From Candidatus Woesearchaeota archaeon (lineage in GTDB: Archaea > Nanobdellota > Nanobdellia > Pacearchaeales > GW2011-AR1): a stretch of DNA of 64,000 bases. Positions 39,122 to 48,555 of this stretch are shown here, one piece after another. The position numbers were made by a program, and so were the translations under genes. Where the stretch lies: the NCBI GenBank assembly GCA_964547875.1, contig CAZJPE010000002.1:42130-106129 (forward strand). Direction: 5' to 3'. The notes under the pieces were generated by a model. The model was not told the origin of the DNA. It worked only from the letters and a program-made list of their open reading frames with translations, and did no database searches. Position 1 is the stretch's first letter, and each line of letters opens with the position of its first letter.

Positions 39122-40810
39122 ATGAAGAGAATAAGTTTGGAAGAGACGAGCAGGCTGTTGAAGAAAAAGACTGCTTTATGCGCTCTTTGGAATTGTGAAG
39201 ACAGGAAAAACTGGCCTTATCAATTAGGATATCTTGTATATAAGGACTTGTTCAAAGAAGTATTTTTATTCGATCCAAAAGCAGAAAGGCTTAGACATGG
39301 CTCAGAAATTATGAAAAATAAGATGTTTGATATTATAAAAAATAAAAAACCTAATTATGCCTTTTTATTACTGGAGGCAAATGACATTAGCTTGGACACG
39401 CTTGAAAAAATAAAAGAGATATCTCCCAATACAAAAACACTTGCTATATTTGGAGATGATGACATTCATTTTGAAACTCGTTCAAGATATTATGCCTTAT
39501 TTCTTGATTACTGCATATTTTGCCCGATAAAATATTTATCTTCTTATAGAAATGATGGGATTATGAATTCCCTGCCTTTTGCAGGAGGAGTAAATACAGA
39601 AAATTTTAAGCCTTTGAAGCTTGAGAAAAAATATGATGTTGTATGTATTGGAAAGCCTGTGCCTGCGTCAAGAGCTGAGGCAATAAGATTCTTAATTAAA
39701 AATGGAATTAAAGTAAATATCTGGGGCTATGGATGGGACAACTATCCTGAATTTAAGGAAGTATACGGCGGACCGCTTGAACATAACGAGATGGTTAAAG
39801 TAATAAATCAAACTAAGATTTATCTTGGATTTTGCAAGAATAAACTGGGCGAGGCGCATAATACTGGAAAATTCTTTGAAAGCGCTGCGTGTGGAACATT
39901 TTGCCTTGTTGATGAATTTCCTGAATATCAAGAATATTTCAATAATAATGAAATAGTTAATTTCAGCGACAATAATGATTTGCTGAATAAAGCAAGATAT
40001 TATTTGAAAAATGAAAAAGAAAGAGAGAGAATTGCAAGAAACGCACATAAGAAAACAATCAAAAATCATAGCTATCATATGATTTATAGAAAAATTTTCC
40101 AGAGAATTTTTATGATGGAAGATTCTAAGACTCTTCTTAAGCTTGACAATAAAGTTATACGGCTTTCAGAAGAAGACATGAATCTTGATTATTCTTCTAT
40201 TGAAGAAAAATTAAAAGATTATTCTTATGTTTGCTTTTCTGAAGGAAAATCCTTAATACATAAGCATAAAAATTTCCTTCAAGCTTATTCTTTGGAAAAA
40301 ACTGGAAAAGACATAAGCTGCTGCGATTATTTTGTATTTTCTCAAGGAATTGGGAGATATCTTAAATCAGATGCATTTAGGGCTTCCTTAAATGTAAAGA
40401 AAGAAGAATTCAACAAATTGCTGAATATTAATCAGATAATGCTAAGAAAAGAATATTTTATGAGGCATTTTGATAGTTTCAAGAAATTTTATAATCTTGG
40501 CGAGATAAACATAATTGACAAAGATAATGTCGCCTTTATAGAAATTCCTTTAGTGCAAATAAACAGATTGAATAAGATTAGCAAAGACTGCCTATATAAT
40601 CTGGATTCTGTCTCTCTTGAAAATTCATTTCAGTTTAGGTTCATGTTTGAACTTTATTTGCTTTTATATCAAAAAAGACTGCTATTTAATAAATATCTAT
40701 ATAGGCTCGTGATTGAATCTATTATGAAATGGGATACTTTTATTTTAAAATATTTATTTAATTCTCTTTTTAACAAGGAAAAGCGGCTTAGAATCAAAAA
40801 CCTAATTTAA
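39122..40810 (+). CDS. CgeB/DUF3880-like GT-B glycosyltransferase with C-terminal extension
   Basis: KKYDVVCIG, IWGYGW, KFFESAACG, YYLKNEKERERIA...HSY motifs. Confidence 0.8.
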   Translation: MKRISLEETSRLLKKKTALCALWNCEDRKNWPYQLGYLVYKDLFKEVFLFDPKAERLRHGSEIMKNKMFDIIKNKKPNYAFLLLEANDISLDTLEKIKEISPNTKTLAIFGDDDIHFETRSRYYALFLDYCIFCPIKYLSSYRNDGIMNSLPFAGGVNTENFKPLKLEKKYDVVCIGKPVPASRAEAIRFLIKNGIKVNIWGYGWDNYPEFKEVYGGPLEHNEMVKVINQTKIYLGFCKNKLGEAHNTGKFFESAACGTFCLVDEFPEYQEYFNNNEIVNFSDNNDLLNKARYYLKNEKERERIARNAHKKTIKNHSYHMIYRKIFQRIFMMEDSKTLLKLDNKVIRLSEEDMNLDYSSIEEKLKDYSYVCFSEGKSLIHKHKNFLQAYSLEKTGKDISCCDYFVFSQGIGRYLKSDAFRASLNVKKEEFNKLLNINQIMLRKEYFMRHFDSFKKFYNLGEINIIDKDNVAFIEIPLVQINRLNKISKDCLYNLDSVSLENSFQFRFMFELYLLLYQKRLLFNKYLYRLVIESIMKWDTFILKYLFNSLFNKEKRLRIKNLI

Positions 40811-40985
40811 TATTTCAATAGTGTCAAAAATTTCTGAAACTAATCAGGACTCTATTTCTTCTATTATTTCCTCTTCTGCTAAATGTCCAGTTAATATATT
40901 CAATTTATGAATATTTATATACTTCTAAAAATCTGAACTTTTATTCTGCCATATTATTTTATAAAGGGCTGGATTATACATTTTT

Positions 40986-41672
40986 ATGGAAAAAATTAGC
41001 TGCCATAGCAGTGGAGTTATTATAGAGGCTGAAAAAACTGGCGAATTATTGCTTGGCAGATATGACGAAACATATCCTACAAAATTCTTTAGGGGCGCTG
41101 TAAATTTAATAGGCGGGAATTATGAAAAGAGCGACAAGTCTCCGTTAGAGATATTATTAAGAGAAATTAAGCAGGAGTTTTCATCAAATCAGGAGTATGT
41201 AAATCATAGAGAAGAAAATTTAAGAGACTTTATAGGGGACTGGAGAGCTGCTAAAAAAATAGAATTGTTTGCCAGTGAGGAAGACATATTTTTAATTAAA
41301 AGAGAGATAATTTCCAATATCTCTCCTTATAAAGATTTTTTGTGGGCTTTTCCTTCTATTGAAGGAAGGGATAAATTTGATTCTTTAACAAGCGTATTTA
41401 TTTCTAAGATTGCACAAGATGTTTTTGAATTAGCGCGTGAAAATCTAAAAGAAAGCAGGAGCATAAAAAATGAGGGCTCTGCAGTTATATGCACTTTTAA
41501 AGAGCTTAAACAAGGAAGACTTTTATGTGCTTGGGCAACGCCTTTTATTTTGTCTGATTATAAAAACGTTGAAATCCCAAATAATTACAATGTTAAAGCA
41601 AAATCTATTGGGAAGCCGAGAAATTCAATATTGGAATACGCACGTGAATTTGATTATAGGCTCCCTATTTAA
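40986..41672 (+). CDS. Nudix-family hydrolase-like protein
   Basis: GGNYEKSDKSPLEILLREIKQEF resembles a degenerate Nudix box. Confidence 0.65.
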   Translation: MEKISCHSSGVIIEAEKTGELLLGRYDETYPTKFFRGAVNLIGGNYEKSDKSPLEILLREIKQEFSSNQEYVNHREENLRDFIGDWRAAKKIELFASEEDIFLIKREIISNISPYKDFLWAFPSIEGRDKFDSLTSVFISKIAQDVFELARENLKESRSIKNEGSAVICTFKELKQGRLLCAWATPFILSDYKNVEIPNNYNVKAKSIGKPRNSILEYAREFDYRLPI

Positions 41673-41730
41673 TGACTTATAATTGTTCTGCTACAAATAT
41701 ATTTATAAACTAAATTAAATGGCTTTCGTT

Positions 41731-42237
41731 ATGGCTATAATTAAATACAATGATTTATCAGAAATAAGAGAACAGCATAGGGACAAAAAAATAGTCTTTT
41801 GCTCTGGAACTTTTGACCTGCCGCATGCAGGACATGTTTTATTTTTTGAGGATTGCAAGAGATATGGAGAGATTCTTGTTGTTGCTCTTGGCGTAGATGA
41901 ACTTACTAGAGAATTTAAAGGCGAAAAAAGACCTATTTTGAATGAACATATCAGATTAAAAACAGTAGATTCATTTAAGCCTGTTGATTATAGCCTGCTT
42001 GTTGGTAGAGATTATCATTCTTCTTCTTATCCGCTTAGCGTATCTACATTCCCAAAATTATTTGATTTGCTAAAACCAAATAAGTGGGTTGTTAATAAAG
42101 ACGCCCAAGACATTCCAATGAGGCATGAGCTGGCTAATAGATTCAATGTAGAATTAATAGTCTTGGAGAGATACTGCCCTAGGGAATTTGAGGATATATC
42201 GACGACAAAACTTATTGAAAAAATAAGAGCATTATAA
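41731..42237 (+). CDS. Cytidylyl/adenylyltransferase (RfaE domain II / TagD family)
   Basis: GTFDLPHAGH, KGEKRPI, ISTT motifs; start moved to ATG 41731 (TTTATAAA at -29). Confidence 0.88.
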   Translation: MAIIKYNDLSEIREQHRDKKIVFCSGTFDLPHAGHVLFFEDCKRYGEILVVALGVDELTREFKGEKRPILNEHIRLKTVDSFKPVDYSLLVGRDYHSSSYPLSVSTFPKLFDLLKPNKWVVNKDAQDIPMRHELANRFNVELIVLERYCPREFEDISTTKLIEKIRAL

Positions 42238-42888
42238 CAATAAATTTTCAATATCATAGATTCTTTCAACTGAAAAATCCGCTTCTTTGAGGTTTTTTCC
42301 AACTGCTATTGTTTTCATTCCTAATGATCTCGGAGGAAGAATGTCTGTCTTTAAATTATCGCCTATGTAAACATGCTCTTGCGCAGAATATCCAGACATA
42401 TTTAAAAAATATGAAAATATGGAGCCATCTAATTTTTTATTTGGCAAGGCGCTATCGCCAAATATTGCATAATCAAATACTTTTTCTTCTATACCTAATT
42501 TTTTTAATCTGGGTATGGCTTGATTAGTTATTGCTGATGTTATCAAAAAAGTTTTGTAATTCTCATGGATTTTATCTAAAAGCTTGGCAATTTTATCATC
42601 TGGCTTTATTAAATCTGTAATATCTGCCCGTGAGATGCATTCATTTATCATTTCTCCTGCATTTGGAAAACTAAGATTTCTTAAGGATTGCGTCCTGCTG
42701 CCTACCTCTGCGTATAGATTATCACAAAGCCTTTTTGCATTTCCTAGATTCAAAAGCTCTGGCTTATACTCAAGAACTTTTTTTGCTATCTCTAATGAGA
42801 TTCTTTCGTCTATTTTTGGATTATTTTGGTATAATGTGCTATCTAAGTCAAATCCCACTAATTTTATATCGGAAAATATAGACAACAT
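42232..42888 (-). CDS. HAD-superfamily hydrolase
   Basis: FDLDSTL, ITS, IGDNLKTDI...GMKT motifs. Confidence 0.88.
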   Translation of the reverse strand: MLSIFSDIKLVGFDLDSTLYQNNPKIDERISLEIAKKVLEYKPELLNLGNAKRLCDNLYAEVGSRTQSLRNLSFPNAGEMINECISRADITDLIKPDDKIAKLLDKIHENYKTFLITSAITNQAIPRLKKLGIEEKVFDYAIFGDSALPNKKLDGSIFSYFLNMSGYSAQEHVYIGDNLKTDILPPRSLGMKTIAVGKNLKEADFSVERIYDIENLLL

Positions 42889-42972
42889 GATTTTTGTCGC
42901 AGAGAGGGGAATATAAAGATTATGCTAAATCATCATACAAATGTATTTAAATTATATCAAAAGAATTTTTAT

Positions 42973-43542
42973 ATGCATAATTATCTTATTTTAGTTGCTG
43001 GCTTGCCTGCGACAGGCAAGCAAACTTCTGCGGAAAAACTTGCTAAAAATTTGAATAATTATGTATTAATTGACCAGAATGAGCTTAGAAGAAAGGCAGG
43101 CATCAGAAAAATGCCACAAAAGCAAGACGAGATAAATCGCAAGATAGATAGGATGACTGCTTCTTACCTGAACGAGAGAAAGGGAGTTATAATTCTTGCA
43201 GGACACAGACAAGTTTGCAGAAGAAACCAGCTTTATGGAGTGGCTTCTTGCTGCGGAGCAAATGTTATTGCGTTAGAATGTGTTTGCTCTGAAGCAGAGG
43301 CAAAGAGAAGAATGAGAGCAAGACCAAAAAGCGATGGATTGCTTTCAAAACCGAATGAGCCAAGAGTTTATGATAGAATAAGAGATTTATGGGAAGACAT
43401 AAATATTGACTTTAAATTTCCAGGACAGGATTTTGTTTCTTATGTTGCATATAATACAGAAGAGAATAAAATTTATAGAAATAAAATAACTGAAGGAATG
43501 AATAATTTTGTTGATAAAATGGAGAGAATATTGCTTGGATAA
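42973..43542 (+). CDS. AAA_33-like P-loop kinase
   Basis: VAGLPATGK Walker A, ELRR, ECVCSEAEAKRR lid; ATG 42973 preferred (TATA at -29). Confidence 0.75.
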   Translation: MHNYLILVAGLPATGKQTSAEKLAKNLNNYVLIDQNELRRKAGIRKMPQKQDEINRKIDRMTASYLNERKGVIILAGHRQVCRRNQLYGVASCCGANVIALECVCSEAEAKRRMRARPKSDGLLSKPNEPRVYDRIRDLWEDINIDFKFPGQDFVSYVAYNTEENKIYRNKITEGMNNFVDKMERILLG

Positions 43543-43581
43543 TTTAAATCAGGGGATTGCGTTTGAGGTGTAGGAAATTCA

Positions 43582-43827
43582 TTATTTCTCAATTAGAGAT
43601 ATTTCACTCCATTTATATTGATTATTTATTATAATAATCTCGTTTTTCTTGTGTATAAAATCAATTCCTTCTCTTAAGGTTACATTTATTCCATCATTTT
43701 CAAATAAACCACGAACTATTTTACCATCATGTCTAAAATGGCTGTTATCATGGGCAATATCTCCAGAATTTTCATAATTATTTTCGTAGTAATTATCTTC
43801 TTGATTTTCTAGTGTCGTTATTTGCAT
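43582..43827 (-). CDS. Hypothetical protein
   Basis: 81-aa ORF co-oriented with the two upstream genes. Confidence 0.4.
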   Translation of the reverse strand: MQITTLENQEDNYYENNYENSGDIAHDNSHFRHDGKIVRGLFENDGINVTLREGIDFIHKKNEIIIINNQYKWSEISLIEK

Positions 43828-43859
43828 TTTTTGTTTTTCTTGGATAAAGTTGTAAGGAT

Positions 43860-44654
43860 TTATTTTATGAATTTCTTCTCTTTTTTTAATTCAATATATA
43901 AATTCTTAAAGAACAAGAAAAAAAGAGGAAGATTAATGAGCTGGACTAAAAATGTAGATAAAATGTACAATAAATTATTAATTATAGAGACACTAACAGG
44001 GGCTGCAACACCATTTAAATTCAGAGTTAAAATATATGTTGTTGTTGGAAGTGATATTAAGCCGCCTAATAGTTGAATTAATGATAAGATTAATATTATA
44101 AGAATAAAATAGCCAAAAATTCTCCACCATCTGCCTTTAACTAATTCTCTGCTTCCCCTTAAACTCTTACGAATGCCATTTTTTTCTTCGTAATAAACAT
44201 AAATTCCAAAAATCCAATATATTAAAAAGATAATTCCTGGAATTATCAACAATATGAACAATCCTAATAAAAATATCATCATAACAACGGTAAATCCTAA
44301 ATATTTAAGATAAAAACTGCTTCCTTCTGAAGTTAGATCTTTGAATTTAAATTTTGCTTTTTTAAGAGGTGCTGAAGTAAAGCCTGCATAAACAAAAAAT
44401 GATATGAATAAAGATATTATTCCTAATATTATATTGGAAATGAAAAATGGAATGTTATGTATTAAACCTCTTGATTGTAATGCTGGGTTTAGAATAATAA
44501 TAAGAACATCTTTATCAAAGAAAGCCCATATCCATTGTATGCCGTATATGATTATTAGAGGCAATAAATTAAAGAAGAACATAAAAGTAAATATTGCTTT
44601 AAAATTTTCTTTATAATCTTTCCATGATTTTTTGAATATCTCTGTGAATTTCAT
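43860..44654 (-). CDS. Membrane protein (DUF975 / GDPD membrane-domain-like)
   Basis: LLIIPGII...SLRGSRELVKGRWWRIF motif. Confidence 0.75.
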   Translation of the reverse strand: MKFTEIFKKSWKDYKENFKAIFTFMFFFNLLPLIIIYGIQWIWAFFDKDVLIIILNPALQSRGLIHNIPFFISNIILGIISLFISFFVYAGFTSAPLKKAKFKFKDLTSEGSSFYLKYLGFTVVMMIFLLGLFILLIIPGIIFLIYWIFGIYVYYEEKNGIRKSLRGSRELVKGRWWRIFGYFILIILILSLIQLLGGLISLPTTTYILTLNLNGVAAPVSVSIINNLLYILSTFLVQLINLPLFFLFFKNLYIELKKEKKFIK

Positions 44655-45121
44655 TATGTTAACCTATTATCTAAAATCTCGCAGTTTTCACAACTATCAA
44701 TAGAACAAAGTGAAAGTGAATAATCATCAATTAATTTGTTATTTGTTATATATAACTGTGCATTTTTATAGGATGTTGATGCAACATTTCCTAAATTACT
44801 AGTAGTTTTTGTTATTGGTATATCGCTCTTATAATTTCCTTCTGCATCTGCGTCGTAAATTCCACAGGTCATTACTATATTTTTTACTTCTTCGTATCCA
44901 TAATTATAAAGTATGACATCAACTATTATTTCTGAGGAATTATATTCATTCTCTCCCCATTTCTTATTTATATAGGTTACAAGTGCTTTTTCATCGTCAG
45001 AGAAAATACTTCTATTAAGTGTTTGGACAATAGGGACTTTTTGGCGTATTTCGATAAATAGCAATGTTAATAAGATTATAATTGCCAAAAGAAGAATAGA
45101 AAATACTGCTTGCCATTTCAT
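44654..45121 (-). CDS. Hypothetical membrane-anchored protein, Ig/CARDB-like domain possible
   Basis: N-terminal TM; LYNYG...NIVMTC...LGNV pattern; C-terminal cysteines. Confidence 0.55.
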   Translation of the reverse strand: MKWQAVFSILLLAIIILLTLLFIEIRQKVPIVQTLNRSIFSDDEKALVTYINKKWGENEYNSSEIIVDVILYNYGYEEVKNIVMTCGIYDADAEGNYKSDIPITKTTSNLGNVASTSYKNAQLYITNNKLIDDYSLSLCSIDSCENCEILDNRLT

Positions 45122-45344
45122 TATTTAATGAACAAAATTTTATTTATATATCTTTCTTTTTTCTCATTGATAAAACAACATAGATATTTAAAAATAAAAA
45201 AAACAGAGTCAAACTTAAAATAGTTTTCTTAACCATCTCTTTTTTATTTAAAAGTGCAGAGATATATAAGCCTTTAGAATATCACTGATTTTAATAGAAA
45301 AATCTTACAATAATCTTTATATATGACTATTTCTGGCGATTTAA

Positions 45345-46265
45345 ATGAGAACTTTAGATTATGGCGTTATAGAAGGATTGTCTGAAAAATTTTCAAAGGA
45401 GGAAAATTTGTCGCTTTTCGAAAAAATGTGCTCAATACGGGCATTTGAATATAATGTAGCTGATGTTTTTGAGGCTGATTTTGAAAAAATGCCTGTTTAT
45501 TTATCAGTTGGAAGCGAGGCAGTTGCAGCTGCATTGGCCCTTTCTTATGGAAAGAAAAATCCTTCTATTTTTGCGCAGCATAGAGCTCATAGTTATTATA
45601 TTGCTTTCGGAGGCAATCTTGAGTCTCTTGTTGACGAGATGCTGCACAGACCAACAGGCTGCGCCTATGGAATGGGCGGCTCTGCTTCAATTCATTCTCC
45701 TGAAATTAAGATGCATGGGCATGACGGATTTATGGGAACACAGGTGCCCTTTGGAGTTGGCAGAATTTTTGCTGCCAATTATAGAGATAAAGAAAACAAA
45801 GAATATGGCTTGTGCATTATGGGAGATGCTTCTGTAGAAGAGGGCTATGTTTTTGGAGGTTTGGGATTTGCAGCACACAAAAATCATAAGATGCCTATTT
45901 TATTTGTATGCGAGGATAATAATCTCTCTGTTCTTACTAAAAAAGAAGTGAGAAGGAATTGGGAATGCTCTAATCTTGCAAAAAGCCTTGGCATGGAAAC
46001 AATTGAAATAGCAGATAATCCCTGGACAATCATGCATTATGCTAATGAACTTAAAAATAATCTGCCTGCGTTCATGAACATTCATTTAGTAAGGATTTTA
46101 AGACATGTAGGAAGCAAAAGTGATGGCTCTCCTGAATGGGACCGACTTGAGCTAACAAAACAGGAGCTTAAAAGAATAGGCTTGGGAATAGAAGCGGAAG
46201 AAATAGAAAGAAAGACAAAAAGATACACAGATAACTTATGGAAAAGAAAATTGGAGGAGTATTAA
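45345..46265 (+). CDS. TPP-dependent dehydrogenase E1 alpha-like subunit
   Basis: IRAFE, YLSVGSE, QHRAH, GMGGS, GDASVEEG...EDN TPP-binding motif. Confidence 0.9.
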   Translation: MRTLDYGVIEGLSEKFSKEENLSLFEKMCSIRAFEYNVADVFEADFEKMPVYLSVGSEAVAAALALSYGKKNPSIFAQHRAHSYYIAFGGNLESLVDEMLHRPTGCAYGMGGSASIHSPEIKMHGHDGFMGTQVPFGVGRIFAANYRDKENKEYGLCIMGDASVEEGYVFGGLGFAAHKNHKMPILFVCEDNNLSVLTKKEVRRNWECSNLAKSLGMETIEIADNPWTIMHYANELKNNLPAFMNIHLVRILRHVGSKSDGSPEWDRLELTKQELKRIGLGIEAEEIERKTKRYTDNLWKRKLEEY

Positions 46266-46273
46266 ATGTAAAA

Positions 46274-47236
46274 ATGACAGAGCAACTGCGTGAAACAATA
46301 AGAATAATATCTAGAAAACATTTGGAAGAGAATAACGGCTTATTATTAGGCCAATGCTTAACTGCAGTCGGGTGGGTTGGAAATACTATTCCTGAAATGC
46401 CTGAGAATAAGGGACTCGTAGAACTTTCAATGGATGACACATTTGCAGGATATTTTATATCTGGCATTGCTGCAGGAGACAAAGTCAGGCCTATTTATGT
46501 TGTTAGATATCAAGGCTTTCAATGGTTTAATGCAGTGGGCATTGTTAATTATGCTGCCAAGTCTAAGGAAATGTGGAAAATACCATGTCCTGTATTTGTA
46601 AGATCAATTGCAATGGAAGGAGGAGGCAGAAAAGGGAGAGACGAGAGAGCTATAGGACCTGTTGCTTCTGCAAGTCATCATGGAATATTTTACAGAATGC
46701 CTGGAATTCCGATTTGCGCGCCTGCAACTCCGAAAGAATACGAATCAATATGGAATCATTTTATGAATCATGACGATCCGCTTTATGTCAGCGAGCACAG
46801 AAGAGTTTGGGATGTTGATTATGAAATGCAAGATACATTGGAAAAAGATGCAGACATTACGCTATTTCCGATTTCTGCAACAAGATTAAATGCTCGCGAA
46901 GCTGTTGGAAGATTGGAAAAAGAAGCTGGAATTAAATGTAATGTAGTGAATTTGTTATGGCTAAAACCTCTTGATTTGAATAAAAAAGATGAAAAAATAG
47001 AATATTCCTTGAATAATTCAAGATGTGGGGGATTGGTCTTAGACGGAGATTACATAAACGGCGTTGCGAAAAATATAGCTTACGAGCTTATGCATAAATA
47101 CGAAAAGAAAATTTATGCGCTTGGTTTAGAAGAGAGAGCGTCTGGATTTGCGCCCTGGAATAATAATTTAGCGCCTACGCCTGATAGAATATATAGTTAT
47201 GTTAGATGGTTAGTTGGTAAGAATAAGAAGACATAG
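46274..47236 (+). CDS. TPP-dependent E1 beta / transketolase C-terminal-like subunit
   Basis: LLGQCL, RPIYV, VNYAAK, PVFVRS, DPLYVSEHR, WLKP motifs; ATG 46274 follows the alpha stop. Confidence 0.85.
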   Translation: MTEQLRETIRIISRKHLEENNGLLLGQCLTAVGWVGNTIPEMPENKGLVELSMDDTFAGYFISGIAAGDKVRPIYVVRYQGFQWFNAVGIVNYAAKSKEMWKIPCPVFVRSIAMEGGGRKGRDERAIGPVASASHHGIFYRMPGIPICAPATPKEYESIWNHFMNHDDPLYVSEHRRVWDVDYEMQDTLEKDADITLFPISATRLNAREAVGRLEKEAGIKCNVVNLLWLKPLDLNKKDEKIEYSLNNSRCGGLVLDGDYINGVAKNIAYELMHKYEKKIYALGLEERASGFAPWNNNLAPTPDRIYSYVRWLVGKNKKT

Positions 47237-47282
47237 TCTTTAGAATAAAAAAACTTTTAAACTAGCAATTCTGAACTTTTAA

Positions 47283-47813
47283 ATGAAGAAGGCGCTAATA
47301 TTGGCTGGAAAATTCGTGCAGGATCATGAATTTATTTATCCATATTACAGACTACAGGAAGAGGGCTTTAAAGTGACTGTTGCAAGTGAGGATGGGCAGG
47401 AAACAGTTGGAGCTGTTGGAATAAAAATTCCAGTAAACGAAAAAATTGAAAATATAAATCAAGAGGATTATGATTTGTTAGTTATCCCTGGAGGAGCAAA
47501 GGCAATGGAATATATGAGGCAGAATAAAAAGATCATTGATTTGATAAGCGGGTGGAATAAAAAGGGAAAGATAATTGCTGCAATTTGCCATGGAAGCCAA
47601 TTGCTTATTTCTGCAAAAGTAGTAAAGAATAGAAAATTAAGCGGATATTACAGTATAAAAGATGACATTAGCAATGCTGGGGCAGATTATGTGGATGCTC
47701 CGTTTGTTACAGATAAAAATATTATTACCTCGCCCCATTATAAGCATCTTGGGCCTTGGATGAAAGAAGTTTTTGGAGTGTATAAAAGAAAATATGGTGA
47801 TTTTAACAATTAA
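47283..47813 (+). CDS. pfpI: DJ-1/PfpI family protein
   Basis: DHE, IPGG, AAICHG nucleophile elbow. Confidence 0.88.
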   Translation: MKKALILAGKFVQDHEFIYPYYRLQEEGFKVTVASEDGQETVGAVGIKIPVNEKIENINQEDYDLLVIPGGAKAMEYMRQNKKIIDLISGWNKKGKIIAAICHGSQLLISAKVVKNRKLSGYYSIKDDISNAGADYVDAPFVTDKNIITSPHYKHLGPWMKEVFGVYKRKYGDFNN

Positions 47814-48555
47814 CAATTCGGAATTGGATAATATGAGATTATCAAACGTTTTAACGCCTATTGACACAACAATGAAGAATTTTGATTTTTCAAAGGTTAT
47901 TGTAAATAAACCATGGGGATATGAATATTTGGCATATGCAAACAAGAATATTGCTATCTGGATAATGTACATAAAGAAAAATTTCTGCAATTCCATGCAC
48001 TGCCATCTTGAGAAAAAAACTAATCTCATGCTGCTATCTGGAAAAGCTGTTTTTTCAACTCTTCAAGAAGGGCATGTGATAAAAGAGGGGGACATAATTG
48101 CCATAGATAAAAAATCCTTCCATTCCACTCAAGCTATTTCTGACGAAGGCATTTTTGTAATGGAGATTGAAAATCCTGTCAACAAAGTTGACTTATTGAG
48201 GCTGTCTGACGAATACGGCAGGGAAACAAAGGGCTATGAATCTAAAAATGAAATTTCACGCAATATAGACAGTTATAATGCTGTTTTCTTTGAGAATGAA
48301 GAATTTGATAAAGCAAAGAGAATCGGGAACATGGGCCTTTATTTCAAAAAATTTGAAGATGATAGAGAATTGATAGAGTACATGAACAGCAATAATGAAT
48401 CCATAAATGCTGTTGTTGAGGGGACAATTATCAGTGATATTTCTGGCGAGATGATTATGCCAGGGAAGTTTTTTTCAAATAATCATCCTGAAAATAAAAA
48501 TATAAAAATTCTAGAAAAGCCTTTAATTTTGCTTTCTATTTCAAGAAGAGATTAA
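47794..48555 (+). CDS. Cupin protein (type II mannose-6-P-isomerase-like domain)
   Basis: KPWGYE, SMHCH..K, FHS, DLLRLSDEYGR motifs. Confidence 0.8.
   Translation: MVILTINNSELDNMRLSNVLTPIDTTMKNFDFSKVIVNKPWGYEYLAYANKNIAIWIMYIKKNFCNSMHCHLEKKTNLMLLSGKAVFSTLQEGHVIKEGDIIAIDKKSFHSTQAISDEGIFVMEIENPVNKVDLLRLSDEYGRETKGYESKNEISRNIDSYNAVFFENEEFDKAKRIGNMGLYFKKFEDDRELIEYMNSNNESINAVVEGTIISDISGEMIMPGKFFSNNHPENKNIKILEKPLILLSISRRD

Noticed and set aside
40843..40903. Short minus-strand reading NILTGHLAEEEIIEEIES*
   Set aside because: Too short to assign; at most a gene remnant
45345..47236. Pyruvate dehydrogenase complex
   Set aside because: No E2, E3 or lipoylation genes in the window, and the context is NDP-sugar synthesis
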